A stretch of 64,000 nt of DNA from positions 13,977 to 77,976 of the forward strand of contig JBBQZC010000001.1 in NCBI GenBank assembly GCA_038208115.1. The letters are read 5' to 3'. This document shows, in pieces, positions 10,133 through 18,002 of the stretch. Within the stretch, counting starts at the first letter, position 1, and each line of letters starts with the position of its first letter. The position numbers and the translations under genes are program-made. The notes under the pieces are model-generated. The model made no database searches. It worked only from the letters and a program-made list of their open reading frames with translations, and was not told the DNA's origin. The DNA is from Candidatus Moraniibacteriota bacterium. Its GTDB lineage: Bacteria; Patescibacteriota; Minisyncoccia; Moranbacterales; GCA-2747515.

Positions 10133-10678
10133 TTATTCCGTTCTGGTATCTAGAGCAGTTACTTTTTGATCACGCTCTTTGTCAGCTTCTGGATCACTAA
10201 AACTTTTATCCTCCGTGTCGTTAGAGTTGTCTGGTGTTAAGTTCTGGTCCGATTCAGTGATTTGACTACCATCATTTGCCTGATCGACGTCGACACTATT
10301 TAGATTATTTTCTTCATCTGGCGTATCTACATCGGGATGGATAGGGTCTTCCGTCTCACTCGGCAAGTCAGTATCGGGACTACTTGACAAATCTTCTACA
10401 GCCACATCAAAGACAGTTACAGTATCATTTGGAGTTTCTTTTTGCGTAGAAATCTCCTCCACATCACCAAGCAGCAAATTACCGTCTTCACGAACTTCGC
10501 GTAAGAGTGCACCCTCTTCCGTCCACGTGGAAGCGATAAAAAAATTTTCTGAGGATTTTTCTTTATCAACAAAAATGGCATTCGTGCCACTGATACGATT
10601 TGCATTCATCATCAAAAAAACCAAAAACATGGCAAAGGAAATTTTTTTTATTGATTTAAAAATTGTTTTCATGATCAT
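10133..10678 (-). CDS. SipW-class signal peptide protein with acidic low-complexity tail
   Basis: GTNAIFVDKEKSSENFFIASTW matches the SipW-cognate pattern T.A.F.D.E.S..N.F.A; D/E/S/T/P-rich tail. Confidence 0.7.
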   Translation of the reverse strand: MIMKTIFKSIKKISFAMFLVFLMMNANRISGTNAIFVDKEKSSENFFIASTWTEEGALLREVREDGNLLLGDVEEISTQKETPNDTVTVFDVAVEDLSSSPDTDLPSETEDPIHPDVDTPDEENNLNSVDVDQANDGSQITESDQNLTPDNSNDTEDKSFSDPEADKERDQKVTALDTRTE

Positions 10679-10682
10679 ATGT

Positions 10683-11423
10683 TTACAAACCCATCCTTCT
10701 CCTCGCTTTTATTATTTTTTCTGGAACGATCTCTGTATTTTTGAAAGTAGCTTCCTGCGCTCTACTTTCGCCCGTGTAACGAAAATACTCTTCTTTGAGG
10801 GGATAAAATTCATCAAATTCCTGAATTCTACTTTTTCCCGTGAATCGGATAGGTTCTTTTTTGAGAGGATGAAATTCCTCCAGAATCTCGCTTTTTCTCT
10901 TTCTCCTTTTGTAGCTCTTCACTATTTCATCCTTAATATTCTTGATCTCTTCGTAAATAATTACCACTGCTGGAATGATCACGAGAAGAATGAATCCTGG
11001 CATCGTACGTGCATATCCAATCGGATAACCGATGTATGGGATTATGAAAATTTCTTTGCCGACAACATTACTTTGACTGGTCATCTCACCGTCCACATCC
11101 TCATTGGCATCACCCTTGGTTTTATATGAGATCTTTCCATTATCATTATTTATAGAAACAATGCGATGTGTAATCGTCACTTTCGAATCATTGGTTGCGC
11201 GAGTCACGATGTCACCGACATTATAGTTAGACATGGATTTCACAAAAATAAGACTGCCTGTATGTATCGTCGGTTCCATGGATCCAGATTGTACTGTATA
11301 AACCTTATAATTCCCTTTGATGGGTAAGAAAGTTATCACTATCAAAGCGAGGAATGACAAAATCACTACCCATATAAAACTTCCTATTATTTTGATGATC
11401 TTTGCTGTCATATCTTTTTTCAC
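10683..11423 (-). CDS. sipW: Signal peptidase I, SipW/ER-type (S26B)
   Basis: VQSGSMEP, ITHRI and TKGDAN..D motifs; C-terminal TM; adjacent to TasA-like genes. Confidence 0.88.
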   Translation of the reverse strand: MKKDMTAKIIKIIGSFIWVVILSFLALIVITFLPIKGNYKVYTVQSGSMEPTIHTGSLIFVKSMSNYNVGDIVTRATNDSKVTITHRIVSINNDNGKISYKTKGDANEDVDGEMTSQSNVVGKEIFIIPYIGYPIGYARTMPGFILLVIIPAVVIIYEEIKNIKDEIVKSYKRRKRKSEILEEFHPLKKEPIRFTGKSRIQEFDEFYPLKEEYFRYTGESRAQEATFKNTEIVPEKIIKARRRMGL

Positions 11424-11444
11424 TTATATTTCACATTATTGGTG

Positions 11445-12518
11445 TCAAAACCAATGATACTTTTCATGTGCACACTTTTTGTTTACACACGCATCATGTG
11501 TCTTTGGATTTTTGTCATCACAATCATCTTTTCCTCGACACGATGGATGCACACAATCATTGTTGACGATCCCATCGCAATCATTGTCCACATAATCATC
11601 ACAAATTTCCTCAACTGGCAGTACTTCACCTTTGCACTTTCCCCAACGTCCATCACGAGTACACGTCTCCAGACCGCTCCGACAACTACCAATATCTTTT
11701 GTGGTAGAATTGCCAGAATAACACGCACGTGTCGACCGTGGGACACATTTATCCGTATCACCTACAGTGATATCAGCACATCGAAAACTCTTATTTTTAT
11801 CTGACTGTTTAGCATAAAACTCAATATCAGCCTTATACGAATCGGTTTGTATGATGTTGCCGACAGAATCCAAAACAGTCCAACTGACTCCGAGATAGTA
11901 ATCTTTATTTTGTGTGAGTGGTCCGATATTTCCGCTAAAGACATTTGTATTTTCGCTATCCGCCAAAGGCAGTATAAGTGTTTGGAGAGGTCCTGTCCCG
12001 CTAGTTAATAACTGATCACAGTTAGGCTGATAAATATTATCGCCTGGTTTCACATGATTTTTTTTACAGACATCAGCCCACACTGTGAAATTGAGATTTT
12101 GTGCCAACTCTCCATCCCATGCATTAGAATTATTTTCTGCATCATCCTCGAGCAATTCCGGCTCGACAGAACTTATATCATCATTTTCTGTTGGGCGGAT
12201 GATCGCACAACCCCATGCGTCCTGATTTTTGAGATGTAAGCTAATTGTTCCCTCTCCCCAATCACCTGGTTTTACATCATCAAAGTTAAAAAACTTTTGA
12301 TGTGTAAGATCTTTTTGTCTCCAGTGTCCAGCATTTGGATTCCCATCTACATCCTTGTTATAATAACCAGCATAATCGATTTCCAAATCGAGTTTCTTCT
12401 TGGAGTATGTGTTCCAAATCGGCTCCTGACCCTGTACAAAACAAGCATATGCCTCATAGCCACCCATCGTTGCGATGATTGCTATGATAATAAGACTTTT
12501 GTAAAAACGCTTTAACAT
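11445..12518 (-). CDS. TasA-like secreted protein with Cys-rich C-terminal repeats
   Basis: FFNFDDVKPGDWGEGTISLH core shared with neighbours; C-terminal EICDDYVDNDCDG and CDDKNPKTHDAC Cys motifs. Confidence 0.75.
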   Translation of the reverse strand: MLKRFYKSLIIIAIIATMGGYEAYACFVQGQEPIWNTYSKKKLDLEIDYAGYYNKDVDGNPNAGHWRQKDLTHQKFFNFDDVKPGDWGEGTISLHLKNQDAWGCAIIRPTENDDISSVEPELLEDDAENNSNAWDGELAQNLNFTVWADVCKKNHVKPGDNIYQPNCDQLLTSGTGPLQTLILPLADSENTNVFSGNIGPLTQNKDYYLGVSWTVLDSVGNIIQTDSYKADIEFYAKQSDKNKSFRCADITVGDTDKCVPRSTRACYSGNSTTKDIGSCRSGLETCTRDGRWGKCKGEVLPVEEICDDYVDNDCDGIVNNDCVHPSCRGKDDCDDKNPKTHDACVNKKCAHEKYHWF

Positions 12519-12564
12519 AACTTCTTTTTAATCAGGAGATTATATTTTGTCATTTGCTCTTTGG

Positions 12565-13932
12565 TTAGGCTCCATCAAACCCAACTGGGTTGTTCTCATA
12601 TTGTTCAATTTCAAAAGTAATATCTGATTCAAATATATCTGTTTGTGCTTCATTACCCGTATCAGATGGCAATTCCCAACCGATGCCAAAATAGTAGGTC
12701 ACGCCAGAAGTCATGTGACCGTCCGCCGTAATTCCAGTAGCGAGGACATTTCCATTATCTGCATATGCTGCGAGAATTGCATCTGTAATAAGCCATTCTT
12801 CTCCACCAGCATCGACCGCACCTGGTTCGATGAGTACTATTTCTCCATCTTGCTTGATGTTGTCACCCTCACCGATGTCATTTCCCTTACCTTGAAAACC
12901 AGCCGTCACACCAGAATCCAGCCATACCTGAAAATCCAAATTTTCCCGAAGTTCACCCTTACCATCAGTACATGCGCTCCCCTCCGCTTCTTCTTCTGGA
13001 TCTACACAGGTACCATCTTCATCTTGCGTCACATCTACCACCATTTTTCCCCACGCGTCTCCATTGCTAATATGCAGACTGACAGTATTTTCTCCCACAT
13101 CACCAGGTTTTATGTCACCAAAATTGAAGAGTTTGTTAGTAGGCCCAAGATCAGTCATTGTCCACGTATTGTCACAACTCACACCATCGAGATCTTGAAC
13201 TGTAGACTCCGGACAATTCATCTCATGGATATCAACATTATCCAAAAACATGCCTAATTGATCATCTACTCCTGTTTCTTCAAAAATTATTTTTACTGTA
13301 CCCACAGTTGGTCCCGTGATAATCTGCGAAAATGAAGTCCATACAAAAGGATCGACTGAGGACAGAGAGGCATCAAGAATCACCGAATTGTCAAAAGTAA
13401 CTTTCAATTTGTTATCGTCGTGACCTGGTCGTGGTGCATATTTAAATGATATTAAATATTTTCCACTAGAGACTGCGCTGATATCCTGTGATAATTTAAC
13501 TGGGTAAAAACTATCCAATTCTACATATTGATTTCCATCAAATGCAGTAGAACCCAGGCTGATGTCATTTTCCTGATATTCCAAACCTTCAACATCTCCA
13601 GGCCCAGGCGTTCCTTCGACGATCCACGGTGCGATATCACCTCCTGAAAATATCTGCCAATGATCTGTATTATCAACATCAGGATCTTCAAAACTGCCAT
13701 TTGAGACCAAATTATCACCTACTGTCTCACAACTGGACTCATCAACCCATACTCCATCTTGACAGACGAAGCCATTATAATGTGCGGTACTGTCCACCTC
13801 CAAATCCAAACTATCAGCCATAAAAGTATTGCCTGTGGACGTCTCTGCATCTGAGAAAAAAGACCACGTAGCGCCAGAGGCAATCGCACCGACTACAGTC
13901 ACGATCGCCATACTTTTAAATATTTTTTTCAT
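12565..13932 (-). CDS. TasA-like SipW substrate with inserted jelly-roll (DUF642/CBM-like) domain
   Basis: ATWSFFSDAETSTGNTFMADSLDLEV signal; LFNFGDIKPGDVGENTVSLH core; insert NLVSNGSFE...YVELDS...GMFLDNV. Confidence 0.8.
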   Translation of the reverse strand: MKKIFKSMAIVTVVGAIASGATWSFFSDAETSTGNTFMADSLDLEVDSTAHYNGFVCQDGVWVDESSCETVGDNLVSNGSFEDPDVDNTDHWQIFSGGDIAPWIVEGTPGPGDVEGLEYQENDISLGSTAFDGNQYVELDSFYPVKLSQDISAVSSGKYLISFKYAPRPGHDDNKLKVTFDNSVILDASLSSVDPFVWTSFSQIITGPTVGTVKIIFEETGVDDQLGMFLDNVDIHEMNCPESTVQDLDGVSCDNTWTMTDLGPTNKLFNFGDIKPGDVGENTVSLHISNGDAWGKMVVDVTQDEDGTCVDPEEEAEGSACTDGKGELRENLDFQVWLDSGVTAGFQGKGNDIGEGDNIKQDGEIVLIEPGAVDAGGEEWLITDAILAAYADNGNVLATGITADGHMTSGVTYYFGIGWELPSDTGNEAQTDIFESDITFEIEQYENNPVGFDGA

Positions 13933-13976
13933 AAAGCGTATATTATTAATTATATTTTAAAATTAAAATCTTTATC

Positions 13977-14004
13977 CTCTCGCTCAGAAAAAATTGAGCG
14001 AGAG
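13977..14004 (-). terminator. Intra-operon stem-loop after the first TasA-like gene
   Basis: Inverted repeat CTCTCGCTCA-N8-TGAGCGAGAG. Confidence 0.55.
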
Positions 14005-14026
14005 TAAAAAGTATTAATAAAATACT

Positions 14027-15421
14027 TTAATTTGAGAAATCTGAGATTTCCCCATTAAAATCAATCCAATCGACATATCCAGTATCACCAGATGGTCCAG
14101 GCTGTCCAACGCGAACACCCAACCATGAATCAGTTGAACGTGTTTCGGCATTTGGATAATCCGCAAGGATTTGTGCCCATGTCTTGACTGTTGTTCCAGG
14201 AGTCGTACCTGTAACATCAACTAATCCAATTGGCCAAGTTGCACCCGAATAAGTCCATGAACCTGTAAGTGCATCTACAGTTGTCCACGTATTTGATACT
14301 AGACCAACAGGGACCTGGACAAGTCTTTTTTGCCAAATGTCAGTGTTATTGAAGTCGATATTGAAATTAAGGAATGGCGTGCCGTTCGAAGAATCAATGT
14401 CGTATATACGATATTTAAGAGAAGTTATACCAGACAATTTAACATCATTGTAGCGATAGGTTGCGATGTTGTAACGAGGATTGACACCGCTATCCAAAGT
14501 CATTTGTGCTGCTCCCGTAGATCCCGGACCAGCAACTATGTCATCAATGCCTGCAGTACCGCTAAACTGATTGATTGACATGATTGTGTCATTGGTATCA
14601 TTGTAGAAAAACCATCTGCCGCTTGTTTTTGCTGAAACCAGACTACTAGATTCTATATCATTAGCAGTTATCCCATTATTTCTTGGGGCCGGACAAGCAA
14701 AGTTGTCATTATTTCTCGCTTGTTCAATGTAGAACCAAACATCACCAATTAATGAATCGGATTGCGAAATATTTGTCACAGCCGAACCACTACAATTCAG
14801 GGTTCCGTTTTCAATTCCACTGATTGTTCCATAGCACCAATACAATCCCAGATATTTAGTAGTTGCACCAGTCAGTGTTCCCAAATCATAAGCCTTACCA
14901 GACAAAACATCACTAGCTGGTCCAAAAAATGGATTTGCAAATAAAGGATATTCTCCTGATTCCCAGATATTGTCACCATCAAGATCATCCCAAGCAAAAA
15001 CATTAAGTTCCTGTGCCAACTCTCCTTGGCCTATCCCACCAGTCGTGTCAAATTTGCTTTCTGGTTCAGTAATCCCGTTGTCATCACTTTTCATCTTGTC
15101 AAAAATAACACAAGCTCTCGCGTCATTATTTATAACATGAAGACTTATTGTATTTTCACCCTCGTCCCCTGGCTTTAAATCAGCAAAATCGAAAAACTTT
15201 TGATTTGTGATATCAACACCTGGACTATCTTGACCCCATGTTCCCGCTGGATACGAAGCTCCATTATACGTTGCTTGACTATCAACCTTCAAATCAATTG
15301 AACCAGCCGTAAAATTGTTTCCAGTAGATGTTTCCGTATCACTAAAGAATGAATACGTTCCGTACCCTGCAATCGCAGCGACAGATAGTACGATTAGTCC
15401 GCTTTTGATCATTTTTTTCAT
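14027..15421 (-). CDS. TasA/CalY-like SipW substrate, first gene of the operon (alternative GTG start 15439)
   Basis: GTYSFFSDTETSTGNNFTAGSIDLKV signal; FFDFADLKPGDEGENTISLH core; extra C-terminal beta domain. Confidence 0.85.
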   Translation of the reverse strand: MKKMIKSGLIVLSVAAIAGYGTYSFFSDTETSTGNNFTAGSIDLKVDSQATYNGASYPAGTWGQDSPGVDITNQKFFDFADLKPGDEGENTISLHVINNDARACVIFDKMKSDDNGITEPESKFDTTGGIGQGELAQELNVFAWDDLDGDNIWESGEYPLFANPFFGPASDVLSGKAYDLGTLTGATTKYLGLYWCYGTISGIENGTLNCSGSAVTNISQSDSLIGDVWFYIEQARNNDNFACPAPRNNGITANDIESSSLVSAKTSGRWFFYNDTNDTIMSINQFSGTAGIDDIVAGPGSTGAAQMTLDSGVNPRYNIATYRYNDVKLSGITSLKYRIYDIDSSNGTPFLNFNIDFNNTDIWQKRLVQVPVGLVSNTWTTVDALTGSWTYSGATWPIGLVDVTGTTPGTTVKTWAQILADYPNAETRSTDSWLGVRVGQPGPSGDTGYVDWIDFNGEISDFSN

Positions 15422-15614
15422 AATTTTTTGTTCCCTCACATTTTTTTATCTTTTTTCTTTTGTTGAAGTGAAAAAGTGTGAAGAAATAATTTATTAATTA
15501 ATTAATTTTCGCCACCACACATCGCATTGCGATCATTTGGTGAATATTTCGGACATTTTAGGTAGTCCGACACCTTCGACCTTTTGTGACTCATGCTTTC
15601 ACATTTTTTCTACT

Positions 15615-16005
15615 AAATTAAAAAGCCAATGGAATCTCACCAGTTCAACTGATGAGATAACATTGGCTTTTTAATACAAATGTTAATTTTGTTATGGTAC
15701 ATTCACCCGTAATTAATTTAATAAACATAAAAACCGACTTAAACCAAGAGAGTAAAAACTCTCTGACTCTAAGCCGGTTTTGCTATTTGACTCCCCACAC
15801 GCTCATTAGCAACCAATAGTTTCTGAACTTCATGAAACTCTTGCGTATGGATCAATGTCTCTTAAATAATTTTAAAATCACTCTGTTTTAAAATTTTATC
15901 ATAGGTTGTTAATTCATACAAATCAAGTTATGCACATGTTATGCACTTTTCTCATTTTCTTTTTTTTCGTTTCTCAAATACGCCCGCATTTTCGCTAAAA
16001 AAAAT
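15615..16005. repeat. About 390-bp direct repeat, copy A (leader, riboswitch, promoter and 3' end of small membrane gene)
   Basis: Aligns with 17477-17870 at an offset of about 1865 bp. Confidence 0.85.
15729..15865 (-). promoter_or_regulatory. c-di-GMP-II-like riboswitch copy 2 with terminator, upstream of the TasA/SipW operon
   Basis: AAGAGACAUUGAU-CCAUACGC...UUGGUUGCU...GCGUGUGG-GGAGUCAAAUAGCAAAACCGGCUUA; pseudoknot UUGCU/AGCAA; terminator ACCGGCUUA/UAAGUCGGUUUUU. Confidence 0.8.
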
Positions 16006-16156
16006 GATGTAATATACATCATTATTTTATCTCATATTATTTTTGCTAATATATATTCACATTTTGTGTGAAAGTACGATTTATATAAAAATCAATCCCT
16101 TCTGGAATTGACACGACGTGATATTTTATTCTTCTAGAGTAAACTGATATATATAC

Positions 16157-16492
16157 TCAAATATCACTCTTATCTTGCGTATTTTTGATTCTTTTGATCC
16201 CTCTCATCCCCAATATAATCAAACAAATAATAAGAATTTTTAAGAAATAGTGTCCACCCAGATCAATAAAATTCCGAGTCAAAGGTGTAATATGACCAAC
16301 AGCAATATGGATGACGATGCTCATGGGCAAAGTCAAAAATATCCAATTTCGTTTGGGTATGTGGATACCACATTTTTTAAATATCCACGACAGCAGCGGG
16401 GAAAGCATAAGAACTCCCAAAAAAGCCAGTGCGAGATCAAACACAGCAAATTCAAATATGCGAAATTGTCTGAGAAATTCTATTGAAATCAT
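16157..16492 (-). CDS. Small integral membrane protein
   Basis: 111 aa with three hydrophobic segments. Confidence 0.7.
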   Translation of the reverse strand: MISIEFLRQFRIFEFAVFDLALAFLGVLMLSPLLSWIFKKCGIHIPKRNWIFLTLPMSIVIHIAVGHITPLTRNFIDLGGHYFLKILIICLIILGMRGIKRIKNTQDKSDI

Positions 16493-16776
16493 AATTTTAT
16501 TGAGTACGTAATTTCGTTATACACAGTTTTTTTCTTTTCAATTTTCGACTTACCCACACTAGATTATCTAAGGACACACTACCACACAATCACAGTAATA
16601 CAAAAAAAACACTTATGCACATTTTTATGTACCAGTGTTTCTCCTGGCACTATTTCACTTTCATTCACTTTTTTTTGTTCAGTAACGTGTTACGTAACAT
16701 ATTTTGATAGAGAGAATTTTTTTAAAAAACCAGACTAATCATTTCACTCAGACAATGTTTGATACATATAAACCGA

Positions 16777-17358
16777 CTATCTCATAATCTCATGAAGCAA
16801 CTCTGGAAATGTACTCGTACCCAATTCGCTTGTTCTATAGTGCCCTTTTCCTGTCAATTCGATTACTCGACCGCCTAGTGCATCATGGAAGATTTCCACG
16901 CTCTTTTTACCATCCTCACTTTCATCGTCTGCAGTAAAAATGACAATATCCTCCACTCTCTTTGTAATGGCTGTGTCTATATCATATGTATAAAAAGATA
17001 CTCTTCCACTATCGTCTTTATTGGCTATTTTCCATGGTGCTACAAGGATAAGTTTTGCTATGCTTCGTTGGGATTCTCCCAGCCAACGGACCAAAAAAGC
17101 ACATGCGCAACTGTGTCCGACGAGAATCGTTTTTTCATTAACATCATATTGTTGTAATTTTGTTTTAAATTTTTCATAATCAGGCGCCCATGAAAAAGGC
17201 ATCAGAGGTGCGTCTGCCATTATACTCTCTTTTATCAATTCTTCTTTTATCCACATAGTCCAATGATTTTCTGCAGTTCGTTGCGTCAGTTGTATGGCAT
17301 TCTCTTGATCATATTCGCAACCATGTATAATAATGCAGTTTTTTTGTGAATGAATCAT
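16777..17358 (-). CDS. RBBP9/YdeN family alpha/beta hydrolase
   Basis: IIIHG, ILVGHS.A nucleophile elbow, LILVAPW, ADDE, KGHY. Confidence 0.85.
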   Translation of the reverse strand: MIHSQKNCIIIHGCEYDQENAIQLTQRTAENHWTMWIKEELIKESIMADAPLMPFSWAPDYEKFKTKLQQYDVNEKTILVGHSCACAFLVRWLGESQRSIAKLILVAPWKIANKDDSGRVSFYTYDIDTAITKRVEDIVIFTADDESEDGKKSVEIFHDALGGRVIELTGKGHYRTSELGTSTFPELLHEIMR

Positions 17359-17476
17359 ATTATTTGATAATATTTATTTAATCGAATAAAAAAAACAGTT
17401 TTAGCATCACCACTGGAGTGGCTTCCGTAATATTTGTGCAGATTCTCGAGACTGTTTGTTCAGATTTTCTCTCATG

Positions 17477-17870
17477 AATTTAAAAAGACCATGGCATCCC
17501 ACCAGTTAAAAACTGGTGGGATAGCATTGGCTTTTTAATGCAAATGTTAATTTTTTATGATACATTCACCCACATTTTTAATATTATAAAAATAAAAACC
17601 GACCTAAACCGAGAGAATATATGTTCTCTGGTTCTAAGCCGGTTTTGCTATTTGACTCCCCACACGCTCATTAGCAACCAATAGTTTCTGAACTTCATGA
17701 AACTCTTGCGTATGGATCGATGTCTCTTAAGTAATTTTAAAAAAACTTTGTTTCTTAATTATATCATAGCTTATTTATTCATACAAATCTAGTTATTCAC
17801 ATGTTATGCACTTTTTTCATTTTCTTTTTTTTGTTTTCTCAAATACACTCGCATTTTCGCTAAAAAAACG
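17477..17870. repeat. About 390-bp direct repeat, copy B
   Basis: Aligns with 15615-16005. Confidence 0.85.
17594..17730 (-). promoter_or_regulatory. c-di-GMP-II-like riboswitch copy 3 with terminator
   Basis: Aptamer nearly identical to copy 2; promoter TTGTAT-N17-TATAAT at 17758-17786. Confidence 0.8.
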
Positions 17871-17995
17871 ATTACGATCACAGCAGGCCACCACCACAGA
17901 CCCTCATTTCCATATTGTGACCACAACCAAAGAGATGCGGAAATCGCAAGTATTGGCACCGCCCACATACGCACATTTCTTTTGATTTTTTCCAT
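17804..17995 (-). CDS. Small two-TM membrane protein
   Basis: 63 aa, two Trp-rich hydrophobic helices and a basic tail; starts 7 bp after the large repeat gene. Confidence 0.65.
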   Translation of the reverse strand: MEKIKRNVRMWAVPILAISASLWLWSQYGNEGLWWWPAVIVIVFLAKMRVYLRKQKKENEKSA

Positions 17996-18002
17996 TTGTA
18001 CT

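Noticed and set aside
15636-15702. Conserved leader peptide after the GGGTGAATG motif
   Set aside because: Frames and lengths differ between copies and there is no SD spacing; only the nucleotide motif is kept as a finding.
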